Assembly (NCBI GenBank): GCA_021463145.1
Contig: JAJTWZ010000003.1
Location: forward strand, 35,319-99,318
DNA length: 64,000 nt
Origin: Blastocatellia bacterium
GTDB taxonomy: Bacteria; Acidobacteriota; Blastocatellia; UBA7656; JADIYM01
Direction of reading: 5' to 3'
The position numbers were made by a program, and so were the translations under genes. Numbering within the stretch: the first letter of the stretch is position 1; the number at the start of each line of letters is the position of its first letter. Shown piece after piece: positions 8,761 to 17,873 of the stretch. Under the pieces are notes generated by a model, which was not told where the DNA came from, ran no database searches, and saw only the letters and a program-made list of their open reading frames with translations.

Positions 8761-11585
8761 CCGTTCCAGTCTCCCGCCAGAGGCGAACCGGCCCCGGCGC
8801 CGAATCCAAATACGACATCCGCCGGTCCTGAAGCGTTCGTGTTCGAGAGGAACCAGGAGCCGCTCCCCGGATCGTAAATGCCGGGAGTATCGATGCCGTC
8901 GGCATTCCAGTCTCCAGCCAGTGCCGTGTAACCGCCCGGCCCGAACGTGAACGTGAAGTCAGCGGGACCATTGGTGAGGTTGTTTCGCAGGAACCACGTG
9001 CCGGTCAACACATCGTAGAAGCCGACCGAATCGCTTCCATTGCCGTCCCAGTCGCCGGCCACAGGGAAAATCCCGCCTCCACCTGCTCCGAACGTGAATC
9101 CGTGATCCGATGGCCCAGCGGCGTTCGTGTTCTTGAGGAAGTAAACGCCCGTCGACGGATTGAAGATGCCGATCGTGTCGATTCCATCGCCATTCCAATC
9201 GCCGGCAATCGGCAGGTAGATCGACGGCGAACCGAACGAGAAGACGATGTTCGCCGGCCCGTTGGTGCTTGAATTGCGAAGGAAGAACGCACCTGTGGCC
9301 GGATTGTAGAGCCCCGGTGTGTCCGTGCCGTTTCCGTCCCAGTCGCCCGCCAGCGGAATCCAACTGGCGTCCGACGGGCCGTACGAGAGCGTGATATCGG
9401 CCGGACCCGGCGACTGCGAATTACGGAGGAACCACGCCGGCGGCGCAGCACCCTGAAAGACGATGCCCGGCGTATCTCCCGGCTCGGCAATTCGCGTGAT
9501 GAAAACATCGTCAACGCCCGCATTTCCGGGCTGTGCCGCGCCAACGACTGGAAAATTCAAGGATGTCGAATAGCCCGCAACGTACGCGGTTCTGGCGGCA
9601 TCGATTGCGACGGCCTGCGCAATATCTATTCGGTCGCCACCGAGGTACGTCGAATAGATCAACTGCCGGCCTGTCGCCCCGATTCGAGCTACGAACCCAT
9701 CGTTGAGACCATTGCCGCCGTTGTTCGGCTGAGATGGCGACACGACTCGAAAATCGGTCGACCGCGTCTGACCGACGATCACCGCGCTTCCGGTACTGTC
9801 GACTGCAATGGCACGCCCGCGGTCCTCCAGGTCGCCGCCCAGGTAGGACGAGTAGACTCGCGACGTTCCAGCTGCGTTCACCTTGGTTACGAATGCGTCG
9901 AAACCGTTGTCGAGCGCAGGCTGGAACGCATTGATGGACGGAAAATTCGTCGACTTGGTGTAGCCGGTGATGTACGCGTTTCCGGCGGCATCCACTGCAA
10001 TTCCAGTCCCGGCATCTTCCAGGGTGCCGCCCAGTGGCGACGAGTAGACGATCGATGCAAAGCCGGCCGCGATCATTGTGACGAATGCGTCCGTTCCACC
10101 ACCGGCGGTCTGGAAACCGCCAACAACCGGAAATCCGATATTCTGCGTCCGCCCCGTCATGAACACGTTGCCGGCCGCGTCGACCGCGATGTCGTCCACG
10201 AGATCGCTTCCCGCGCCGCCGATGAACGACGAGTTGAGCAGAACTCCGGCCGGGCTCACACGGCCGAAGATGCCATCGGTGCTACCGCCACCGTAAGCGC
10301 CCTGCAGTGGCAGGACGAGCGGATACGTCGTGTCCGATGCAGTGCTGCCGCCAAAACTGACGTTGCCCAATGCGTCGACGCCAATCGCCTCGATCGTCTC
10401 GGTCGTAAATCCGCCGCAGTAACTCGATGTGACCAGAACCGAACCCGAGGCGGACAGTCGTGCGACGAAACCATCGATTCCGCCGCCGGGCAATGCCTGA
10501 AACGGTGAACTGACCGGAAAATTCGACGAACTCGTGTCACCTCCGATGACGACCTCCCCAGCCGCCGTCACGTCCATAGCCAGAGCTTCGTCGAAACCGT
10601 TACCACCGAGAAAGGTCGAGTAGAGTATCGTGGCGCCCGTCGGGTCAAACTTGGTAACGAACGCGTCGTAATCGCCTGCGCGAGTTGCCTGCACGCCGCC
10701 AAGAACGGGGAAGTCAGGCGAAAACGTCCGTCCCGCCACAAAGGTGTTACCCCCCGCATCGAGACCGACCCCCAGCGCCCGATCGTTGTTCGATCCGCCT
10801 AGATAGGAGGAATATACGAGCTTCGGATCGATGACGAGCTCGTGCGTCCGGTCGTACTCGCCGATCGAGAAACCGAAGCCGCGGTCGCCTCGAAGAACAT
10901 AAGCGCTCGGGACCACGATTCGCCTGCCGTCGACTACCTGGTAGGTCATCGGCCGCCGATGCACGACGTCGCCCGTAGGAGTATTCAGGACGAGGTCGCC
11001 TTCGGGCGAGATGCGCATTCGCCTGGCCCCGTCGATGCGTACTTCAACTCTTGCCGGATCGGCCCCGGGAGACACGATCAGGTCGTACTCGATCCCGCCA
11101 GTCACGGAGTAGTACAAGACGTCGATGCCCGGATAAACACCCTCTGCTCGCACGGCGGCGAAACGCTCGACCTCCGTGACCCACGTGGATTTGTCAGTGC
11201 CCTGGAAATAATGTGCTCGTCCCGGAAGCAGCCCTTCGCCCACAAGCGGCGCGTTATCTCGGCCGCCGGCAAAGTCGGTTCGCAGGATCGTCCGGTCGGG
11301 ACCGGAGCCAAGGGTCAGGACACTCCCGGATGCGGTGAGGAACAACGCGGCATTCGCATTGCGCGCTACGAACCTCGAGCGCGCGTCCATCTGACCGTCG
11401 TTGCGTTCGAACGCGAAGGCCGGGTCGCGTTCGGAACGGCCCAAAGAAGCGCCGTTCGCTCGAGTAGGAGTCCCGGTCTCTGGACCGGAAGCGCCCACGA
11501 ACCCAAGCGGCAGCGCGCAAAGCGAACCAGCCGACAACAGAACGAACAGGCGCCGGAAGAAATCGAGGGCGTGACGAGTTGACAT
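8757..11585 (-). CDS. Secreted SBBP beta-propeller protein with C-terminal five-fold GDW[DN]G repeat domain
   Basis: Signal peptide; FERNDGQ...YPGIDVLYY...IEYDLIVSPGADP...LVIDPKLVYSSYLGG; repeated IAVDAAGN.Y.TG.T.S.FP / DAFVTK; five C-terminal repeats. Confidence 0.9.
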   Translation of the reverse strand: MSTRHALDFFRRLFVLLSAGSLCALPLGFVGASGPETGTPTRANGASLGRSERDPAFAFERNDGQMDARSRFVARNANAALFLTASGSVLTLGSGPDRTILRTDFAGGRDNAPLVGEGLLPGRAHYFQGTDKSTWVTEVERFAAVRAEGVYPGIDVLYYSVTGGIEYDLIVSPGADPARVEVRIDGARRMRISPEGDLVLNTPTGDVVHRRPMTYQVVDGRRIVVPSAYVLRGDRGFGFSIGEYDRTHELVIDPKLVYSSYLGGSNNDRALGVGLDAGGNTFVAGRTFSPDFPVLGGVQATRAGDYDAFVTKFDPTGATILYSTFLGGNGFDEALAMDVTAAGEVVIGGDTSSSNFPVSSPFQALPGGGIDGFVARLSASGSVLVTSSYCGGFTTETIEAIGVDALGNVSFGGSTASDTTYPLVLPLQGAYGGGSTDGIFGRVSPAGVLLNSSFIGGAGSDLVDDIAVDAAGNVFMTGRTQNIGFPVVGGFQTAGGGTDAFVTMIAAGFASIVYSSPLGGTLEDAGTGIAVDAAGNAYITGYTKSTNFPSINAFQPALDNGFDAFVTKVNAAGTSRVYSSYLGGDLEDRGRAIAVDSTGSAVIVGQTRSTDFRVVSPSQPNNGGNGLNDGFVARIGATGRQLIYSTYLGGDRIDIAQAVAIDAARTAYVAGYSTSLNFPVVGAAQPGNAGVDDVFITRIAEPGDTPGIVFQGAAPPAWFLRNSQSPGPADITLSYGPSDASWIPLAGDWDGNGTDTPGLYNPATGAFFLRNSSTNGPANIVFSFGSPSIYLPIAGDWNGDGIDTIGIFNPSTGVYFLKNTNAAGPSDHGFTFGAGGGGIFPVAGDWDGNGSDSVGFYDVLTGTWFLRNNLTNGPADFTFTFGPGGYTALAGDWNADGIDTPGIYDPGSGSWFLSNTNASGPADVVFGFGAGAGSPLAGDWNG
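8760..9480 (-). repeat. Five ~47-aa tandem protein repeats (DT.G.Y....G.[WF]FL.N....GPAD..F.FG....P.AGDW[DN]G)
   Basis: Five copies visible in the translation; the protein ends exactly at PLAGDWNG. Confidence 0.85.
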
Positions 11586-11705
11586 TGGGGGATCCTCCGC
11601 GGTCAGTTTGGAATACGACGATATCCGGGGACCGGCCCTGTTGTCTAATGCAAGGAAGTCAAGAATTCTTTTTTGTATTGGACTGCCGCGGCCTGAAAGG
11701 AACTA

Positions 11706-11749
11706 CAAAAGCAATTCGGCGCCGGGTTAACTTGAACGCCGGCGCCGAT
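11706..11749 (-). terminator. Intrinsic terminator downstream of hslVU operon / structured RNA
   Basis: Stem TCGGCGCCGG / CCGGCGCCGA followed on the minus strand by ATTGCTTTTG. Confidence 0.7.
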
Positions 11750-11765
11750 GGATATCGGGGAGAAG

Positions 11766-12043
11766 CGGTTTGCGGGGAACCCTCCTCCCTTGAGCCGGGT
11801 ACGCCACGTCAAGCGGGGCAGATCCGGTTCGAACTCTTCGCCGCGCCGTAGAGCAAAGTGCGTGCCGTAACGCCGAGCTCGGCCGATAGGGCGCTAAGCG
11901 CTTGTACGTCAGTCACTTCGGCCGTGGATATCCGGCCGCATCGGCGTGCGAAGACTGGGGCTTTTTGGGCTGAAGGTGCCCAAGGCGCCACATACGGGAC
12001 TCTCGGGCGGCCGTCCTTGCCAGCCAAGTCAGTCCGCAAACCG
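11766..12043 (-). ncRNA. Putative structured non-coding RNA (~280 nt, 6S RNA-like architecture)
   Basis: Closing stem CGGTTTGCGG(11766-75)/CCGCAAACCG(12034-43); inner stem TCTTCGC..CGCCG(11835-48)/CGGCG.GCGAAGA(11942-54); apical hairpins; terminator just downstream; no credible ORF. Family unconfirmed. Confidence 0.5.
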
Positions 12044-12051
12044 GCACCAGG

Positions 12052-13155
12052 CTACGGACTCGCGATTTCGGAGACCGGCAGGCTGGAAGGGCTCTCGTTC
12101 CCGTACCGATCCACCGCCGTTATCCGGTACGCATAGCGCTGACCGATACGCGCGCGATCGTCTCGAAAAGTCGTCCGGTTCACGGGCTTGTCCGTCAGTT
12201 TCGTCCACAAGGACGCGTCGGCCGGCTCGCCATCGGTCCGGTAAACGAAATACCCAACGACATCGGCTTCAATGTTCGTCGGCCAGAAAAGGCTGACCAC
12301 GCCCCCCGCCGACGCGACAGTCACGTTCGAGGGCGCCAGCGGCGGGAAGGTATCGCGCGGAGTGACCGTCAGCCGATCGCTGTCGCTCGACTCGACCGAG
12401 GCATCGGGAGCTTGCGATACGCTCCGGACCACGTATACGTAGGGCGTCAGGTAATTGAAGCGGCGATCCACGAACCGGGCGCCGGTGATGAGTTGATCGT
12501 TGATTGGCCGCCCAAGCCGCTCCGAGTTCGGCTTTGCCCGGTACACGTTGTACCCGACCACCTGCGCAGGAACGGTGCCATCGACGTTCTCATTCGGTGG
12601 AGTCCAGGTAAGCGCCACTTCGTCTTGTGCCTGTGTGACGGCCAGGCCAGTCGGCGGCCGTGCGATTCCGGGCACCGGTTCGATGGACACGATGTTCGAC
12701 AGCAATTGAGGACGGCCGCGACCGTCGATGTAACGGGCCGCGTACTGGAATCTGGTGTTCGAGAGCAACGACGACTGCTTCGGATCGAGTGGGTCGTCGA
12801 AGCTGATCGAGTCGCCTGCCGAGAGCCGGGATTTCAACTCCTCGTAACCAATGAATCCGATGAGATCGGCAGCCTGTTCGAATTCGGCTGGAAACGCCAC
12901 TGGAGTAGCGTCGCGCGACTGCCGCAGCCGGTATATGTCCGCGCGACGCACCGACGTGGCCACGTCTTCGCGCAGGTCAAGTCTGGGTGCGAGCCACGAA
13001 ACTCGAATCGTGCTTCCAACCTGCAGGGCAATCACCTGGTTCGGACGAACCGGCGACCGCCCGATCGGCGGCTGAGGCGCTCCGACCTTGCCGCAAGCAC
13101 CGGCCGCAAGACAAAGACCGAGGAAAGCGACGATGTGCAGGAAATGGCCGCGCAT
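12052..13155 (-). CDS. Lipoprotein with fibronectin type III domains
   Basis: Lipobox AAGAC followed by GKVGAPQPP; FN3 motifs LTWTPP..VVGYNVYR..YVYVVRSV and LFWP..VVGYFVYR..YRITAVDRYGNES. GTG at 13173 is an alternative start. Confidence 0.85.
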   Translation of the reverse strand: MRGHFLHIVAFLGLCLAAGACGKVGAPQPPIGRSPVRPNQVIALQVGSTIRVSWLAPRLDLREDVATSVRRADIYRLRQSRDATPVAFPAEFEQAADLIGFIGYEELKSRLSAGDSISFDDPLDPKQSSLLSNTRFQYAARYIDGRGRPQLLSNIVSIEPVPGIARPPTGLAVTQAQDEVALTWTPPNENVDGTVPAQVVGYNVYRAKPNSERLGRPINDQLITGARFVDRRFNYLTPYVYVVRSVSQAPDASVESSDSDRLTVTPRDTFPPLAPSNVTVASAGGVVSLFWPTNIEADVVGYFVYRTDGEPADASLWTKLTDKPVNRTTFRDDRARIGQRYAYRITAVDRYGNESPSSLPVSEIASP

Positions 13156-13173
13156 GGGATCCAGCCCGGTCAC

Positions 13174-14571
13174 CTAGAGGATGTATCGGCTCAAGTCGTG
13201 ATCCTTCACGATGCCGGCAAGCTGCTGCTCCACGTAGGCGCGGTCGACTACGACGTCTTTGTCGGGCAGGTCCGGGCCTTCGAACGATACTTCCTCGAGC
13301 AGGGTCTCCATAATCGTGTGGAGTCGTCTGGCGCCGATGTCTTCGGTGTTCTCGTTGACGGCGAAAGCGAACGACGCGATCGCGTCGACAGCGTCTGTCA
13401 GCACGTCGAGCTTTATCCCCTCGGTCTCGAGCAACGCCACGTATTGCCTGACGAGCGAGTTCTTGGGCTCAACGAGGATCCGTTTGAAGTCTTCGACAGT
13501 CAGCGGGTTCAGCTCGACACGAATTGGGAATCGGCCCTGGAGCTCAGGAATGAGATCGGAGGGCTTCGCGACGTGAAAGGCTCCTGCTGCGATGAAGAGA
13601 ATGTGGTCCGTCCTGATCATCCCGTAACGCGTGTTGACCGTCGTGCCTTCGACAATGGGCAGAATATCGCGCTGGACGCCTTCGCGGGAGACGTCGGGGC
13701 CGTGTCCGGACTCGCGCCCGGCTATCTTGTCCAATTCGTCCAGGAAGATGATGCCGTTAGCCTCGGCACGGCCGATCGCAACCCGAGCCACCTGGTCCAT
13801 GTCGATCAACTTGTTCTCTTCTTCTGCGACCAGGTAGTCGAGCGCCTCGTCGACGGGCATACCGCGCCGGCGGGGCTTCTGGTTGAACAGGTTGGGAAAC
13901 ATGTCCTTGAGGTTGATGTCCATCTCTTCGACGCCCTGCGGCGTGAAGATCTCGAAATGGCCGGGGTTCGCGCGCTCCTGTACATCGATCTCGACTACGC
14001 GACTGTCCAGCCGTCCCTCGCGCAACTGCTGACGCAGCTTCTCGCGAGTACGCTGGAATTGCTCGAGAGTCGTCGCCTCGTCCTGCTCGCCCTCGGCGAC
14101 CTGCTTCGAAGGCGGCAGGAGCAAGTCGAGAAGCCTCTCCTCGGCATTGAGCTCGGCTTTGTCGGCTATTTCGGCGATGCGTTCCTCACGCACGAGGTCG
14201 ATGGCGATCTCGACCAGGTCGCGGATCATCGACTCGACGTCGCGGCCGACGTAGCCGACTTCGGTGAACTTCGAAGCTTCGACTTTCAGGAACGGAGAGC
14301 TCGACAATCGGGCCAGCCGACGCGCGATCTCGGTTTTTCCGACTCCGGTCGACCCGATCATGATGATGTTCTTCGGCATCACGTCCTGGGCCAGATCGGC
14401 GGGCAGTTTCTGCCGGCGGACGCGATTGCGCAGCGCCACCGCAACGGCGCGCTTGGCCGCCGCCTGTCCAACCACGTGTCGATCCAGTTCGGCGACGATC
14501 TGACGGGGCGTGAGGTCGTCGAGCCTGACCGGAGCCTCCTTGTCGACCTCGCCGGCGAGATAAATGACCAT
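13174..14571 (-). CDS. hslU: ATP-dependent protease ATPase subunit HslU
   Basis: [77 protein letters not shown]. Confidence 0.98.
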   Translation of the reverse strand: MVIYLAGEVDKEAPVRLDDLTPRQIVAELDRHVVGQAAAKRAVAVALRNRVRRQKLPADLAQDVMPKNIIMIGSTGVGKTEIARRLARLSSSPFLKVEASKFTEVGYVGRDVESMIRDLVEIAIDLVREERIAEIADKAELNAEERLLDLLLPPSKQVAEGEQDEATTLEQFQRTREKLRQQLREGRLDSRVVEIDVQERANPGHFEIFTPQGVEEMDINLKDMFPNLFNQKPRRRGMPVDEALDYLVAEEENKLIDMDQVARVAIGRAEANGIIFLDELDKIAGRESGHGPDVSREGVQRDILPIVEGTTVNTRYGMIRTDHILFIAAGAFHVAKPSDLIPELQGRFPIRVELNPLTVEDFKRILVEPKNSLVRQYVALLETEGIKLDVLTDAVDAIASFAFAVNENTEDIGARRLHTIMETLLEEVSFEGPDLPDKDVVVDRAYVEQQLAGIVKDHDLSRYIL

Positions 14572-15125
14572 CAGAGCTCTTCCACCACTACGTTCTGGTT
14601 CGTGTAAATGCAGACCTCGCCAGCGATGCTCAATGCTTCCTCCGCGACCTGGCGCGCGGAGAGTTGCGTGTGGCGGACCAGAGCACGGGCAGCCGACAAC
14701 GCGTATGGCCCGCCAGAGCCAATCGCCACGATCCCGTCGTCAGGTTCGATGACGTCGCCGTTTCCGGAAAGGACGAGCGAGGTCTTGTCGTCGGCGACGA
14801 TCAGCAATGCTTCGAGGTTGCGGAGGTATTTGTCCGTCCGCCACTCCTTGCTCATCTCGACTGCCGCTCGCTGGAGTTGTCCGTGGTATTGCTCGAGCTT
14901 TGACTCGAAGCGGGAAAACAGGGCAAACGCGTCGGCAGTGGACCCGGCGAACCCGGCGATGATTCGGTCGTTGTAGAGGCGCCGCACCTTGCGAGCTCCC
15001 GACTTCATTACCGTGTCACCGAGTGTGACCTGTCCATCGCCAGCCACGGCAACCTTCCCATCCCGCCGGACCGCTATCACCGTTGTACTGCGCCATCGGC
15101 CGGCGTTCGAATGATCGGTTGGCAT
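14571..15125 (-). CDS. hslV: ATP-dependent protease peptidase subunit HslV
   Basis: Catalytic [35 protein letters not shown]; short propeptide from ATG 15125. Confidence 0.97.
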   Translation of the reverse strand: MPTDHSNAGRWRSTTVIAVRRDGKVAVAGDGQVTLGDTVMKSGARKVRRLYNDRIIAGFAGSTADAFALFSRFESKLEQYHGQLQRAAVEMSKEWRTDKYLRNLEALLIVADDKTSLVLSGNGDVIEPDDGIVAIGSGGPYALSAARALVRHTQLSARQVAEEALSIAGEVCIYTNQNVVVEEL

Positions 15126-15134
15126 CGCGGGCGG

Positions 15135-15164
15135 ATCATAGCCCCCGATTTTCGGGAGTGTCAA
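15135..15164 (-). promoter_or_regulatory. Sigma70-type promoter of hslVU
   Basis: Minus strand TTGACA-N18-TATGAT, 9 nt upstream of the hslV ATG. Confidence 0.75.
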
Positions 15165-15374
15165 ACCCGCCGTCCCTGGCAAATCCGGGGTGATCGCGAG
15201 CGTTTCCAGGACTGGAAACCTGAAGCCACACTCGGCGCGTCACTGCCGGCAGCCTGGTGCGGCTTCAGCGTCCGGCCGGGCCATGCTTGGCGGGCCAGTG
15301 ACGCTGCGGTTACACTCCGTCGAGACGTCCGGGCGGTCAGGACGGCAATTCCACCGGTGGAGGCAGTGCGGCGA

Positions 15375-16322
15375 ATGAGAACGTGCCCCGCGTGTGGCCG
15401 GCAGTTTCCGGCTGACGTAGAGTTCTGTGAGGCAGACGGAGAGCCGCTCTCGCCGATGACGGGCGCAGCGGTAAGTCCCGAAGGCGCCGCCGCCGAACCC
15501 GAGACAGTCGTTCGACCCCGGCGGGCCCAGCCGATTCCGTCCGATCCAGGTATCGAGGCGCCGCGATTCACGAAGGTGCGGGTGGACATTCCCGAGTCGA
15601 AGCGGACGTCGGGTCAACTCAACGTGCCCGAGCCGATCGTGGTTCCGACTGGGACGCCGGACCGGGTGTATCGCGAGCGCGCACTCTGGCCCATTTTCAC
15701 GGCGCTCGGAGTCGTCGTCGTAGTGGCCTCGGCGCTGTTCATTTATGTCTGGATGTCGCAGCAGTCCGATTTCGAGGCGGAGGTCAGCACTCAGATTTCG
15801 CAGGCTCGAGTAACCGTGGCAGATGCCAAGGCTCGGCTCGAGTCTCTTTCGGCGGATAGCCCGCTGCGCGGCAAGTTACTGCAGCTGCAGAATTGGGACC
15901 GCGAACTGCAGGACCTCGAACTCGGTCGCGACCGAACCCGCGAGATGGCGCAGAGGGCTCGTGAAATTGGAGACGCTGCCCGCCGAGTCGGCGAGGAAGC
16001 GCGAGCCGCGGGGGCCATGTTGCCTGCGGCGCCACCGCCCGTTGCGCCCGCGGCGCCATCCAACTCGAACGCATCATTGCCGGATTCGCCTGCCTCCCCG
16101 ACGATGGACCCTGCTTCGCCGACGGCGGCCCCCGCCGCACCTGCATCCAGCGGGACCGGCACCGACCCCGCAAAGCCGCCTGAAGGTGGAACAGCACCTG
16201 GACAGCCGCCACCGGTCAAACCTCCGGCGCCGAAGCAGGCGGACCCATCTGCGCCGGCCAAGACTGACGATGCCGCTCAGCCGAAGCCGGACAAGTCCGC
16301 GGCTTCGAAGCCCCCGGCTTAG
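15375..16322 (+). CDS. Single-pass membrane protein: N-terminal zinc-ribbon-like motif, coiled coil, Pro/Ala-rich tail
   Basis: MRTCPACGRQFPADVEFCEADG; TM LWPIFTALGVVVVVASALFIYVW; low-complexity C-terminus. Confidence 0.75.
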   Translation: MRTCPACGRQFPADVEFCEADGEPLSPMTGAAVSPEGAAAEPETVVRPRRAQPIPSDPGIEAPRFTKVRVDIPESKRTSGQLNVPEPIVVPTGTPDRVYRERALWPIFTALGVVVVVASALFIYVWMSQQSDFEAEVSTQISQARVTVADAKARLESLSADSPLRGKLLQLQNWDRELQDLELGRDRTREMAQRAREIGDAARRVGEEARAAGAMLPAAPPPVAPAAPSNSNASLPDSPASPTMDPASPTAAPAAPASSGTGTDPAKPPEGGTAPGQPPPVKPPAPKQADPSAPAKTDDAAQPKPDKSAASKPPA

Positions 16323-16340
16323 GACATCGGTGAAGTTCGG

Positions 16341-17873
16341 ATGACGGCAAACGGTGGCGTCGTCGCGGGTGCGGTGACGCTCGACCCTGATCGCCCGATC
16401 GATCGAGCAATCGAGCGGTGCCTGTTCGGAGCGCTGCTCCTCTTCATACTAGCGGCGCCGCATTCGATTGCCGTGACACAGGGCGCTTTTGCGCTTGGCC
16501 TCGCTCTCTGGGTAGCCAGAATGATCGCCGCGCGACGATTGACGATCGTGCGCACGCCGGTGGATTGGCCCCTTGCGGTTTTTGTCATCTGGACCGGGAT
16601 TTCAGTTGCCACAAGCCTGGATCCAGCGTGGAGTCTCGGACGCATGCGGGGCGTCATGCTCGTCCTGATCCTTTGGCTGTTCGCTTCGAACGTGCAGTCA
16701 CGCCGCACGGCGTGGTTGCTCGCGCTCGCCCTGGTGTTGTCGGTGGCAGGGAACCTGTGGTGGACGTATCTTGAAAGGATTCAGGGCAGGGGAGTCAAGA
16801 TCGCCACAATGGGTGCGAGTCCCTTGAAGAAATGGGGCGTACTGCCCGGCGACACCATTCTGGAGGTTGGTGGCAAGCCCGTCGACGACCTGGAGAGCCT
16901 GAATGCGGCGTTCGAAGGCGGCCGTGGGCGCGAGCCCATCACGGTACGGTTCACCCACGGCGAGTCCGACACAACGACTTCATATCGACGCGGCAGAGTC
17001 CGACGCGAAGGCGACGGCGTCGAGCGACTTGCCGTGACGGTCGAGCCAGGGCGGGACTTCCGAGCTAGAGCCTACTTCTCTCATTCCGCAACTTATGCCG
17101 AGACACTTCAGATTATCGCGTCCATGCTGGCCGCCTGGGTCGTCTGCAGCGCTATTCGAGACCGGAAGTGGGCGTTCTGGATGGGCCTGTTGCTCGTCGC
17201 GACCGCCGGTGCGCTAGTGCAAACGCAGACCCGGGCGCCCATCGTGGCGTTCGGAATTGCCCTGCTGTCAATGGTGTTCCTGAGAGGCGGATCGCGAAAG
17301 ATCCTGCTTGGAGCCGGAATTGCAACTCTGGCCGTTCTGTTCGCCGGAGGCTGGTTCATACTAAGGGGACGTGAAGTGCAGATTCTGAGCCCGGCCGACC
17401 AGAGCACGCAGTGGCGGCTCACCGTCTGGTCCGAGGCGCTACCGATTCTCGCGGCGCATCCGCTTTTCGGAATCGGACCTGACGCCGCCAAGCATCGAGC
17501 CGGTGAATTGCAGCTTTTCGAGGGAGGGAAGTTGCCGCCCGGCCACTTCCACTCCACGCCGCTTCAGATCGCGGTCGATCGCGGCATCCCCGCGCTCCTG
17601 GCCTGGCTGACGTTCGTTGGCGTGCTCGTCGCGAGCCTCGGACGGCTTGTCCGTCGCCTGACCGTAAGAGAGAACGAGGAAGGGTCCGACTGGCGCGTCA
17701 CGGCCACCGTCCTTGGCGCCTGGGGTGGATTGCTCGGGTTCTTCATCAGTTCTCTCGTGCATTTCAACTGGGGAGACAGCGAGCCAATGCAGATGGCGTG
17801 GGCGGTTGCAGGGATCGCGTTCGCGGTCGGGCACCTCGAGAAGAAGCGGGAGGCCGAAGATGCTTTACGCTGA
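16341..17873 (+). CDS. O-antigen ligase / Wzy_C family protein with inserted PDZ-like domain
   Basis: Multi-TM; TQTRAP, WRLTVW, HPLFGIGP, GHFHSTPLQIAVDRGIP; insert SPLKKWGVLPGDTILEVGGKPV is PDZ-like. Confidence 0.85.
   Translation: MTANGGVVAGAVTLDPDRPIDRAIERCLFGALLLFILAAPHSIAVTQGAFALGLALWVARMIAARRLTIVRTPVDWPLAVFVIWTGISVATSLDPAWSLGRMRGVMLVLILWLFASNVQSRRTAWLLALALVLSVAGNLWWTYLERIQGRGVKIATMGASPLKKWGVLPGDTILEVGGKPVDDLESLNAAFEGGRGREPITVRFTHGESDTTTSYRRGRVRREGDGVERLAVTVEPGRDFRARAYFSHSATYAETLQIIASMLAAWVVCSAIRDRKWAFWMGLLLVATAGALVQTQTRAPIVAFGIALLSMVFLRGGSRKILLGAGIATLAVLFAGGWFILRGREVQILSPADQSTQWRLTVWSEALPILAAHPLFGIGPDAAKHRAGELQLFEGGKLPPGHFHSTPLQIAVDRGIPALLAWLTFVGVLVASLGRLVRRLTVRENEEGSDWRVTATVLGAWGGLLGFFISSLVHFNWGDSEPMQMAWAVAGIAFAVGHLEKKREAEDALR

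Noticed and set aside
11758..11848. tRNA/tRNA-Sec-like look (GGTTCGAA T-loop-like motif)
   Set aside because: No acceptor stem, anticodon arm or CCA end could be built; the segment fits the larger fold instead.
12412..14607. 731-aa plus-strand ORF
   Set aside because: Antisense shadow of hslU and the lipoprotein gene.
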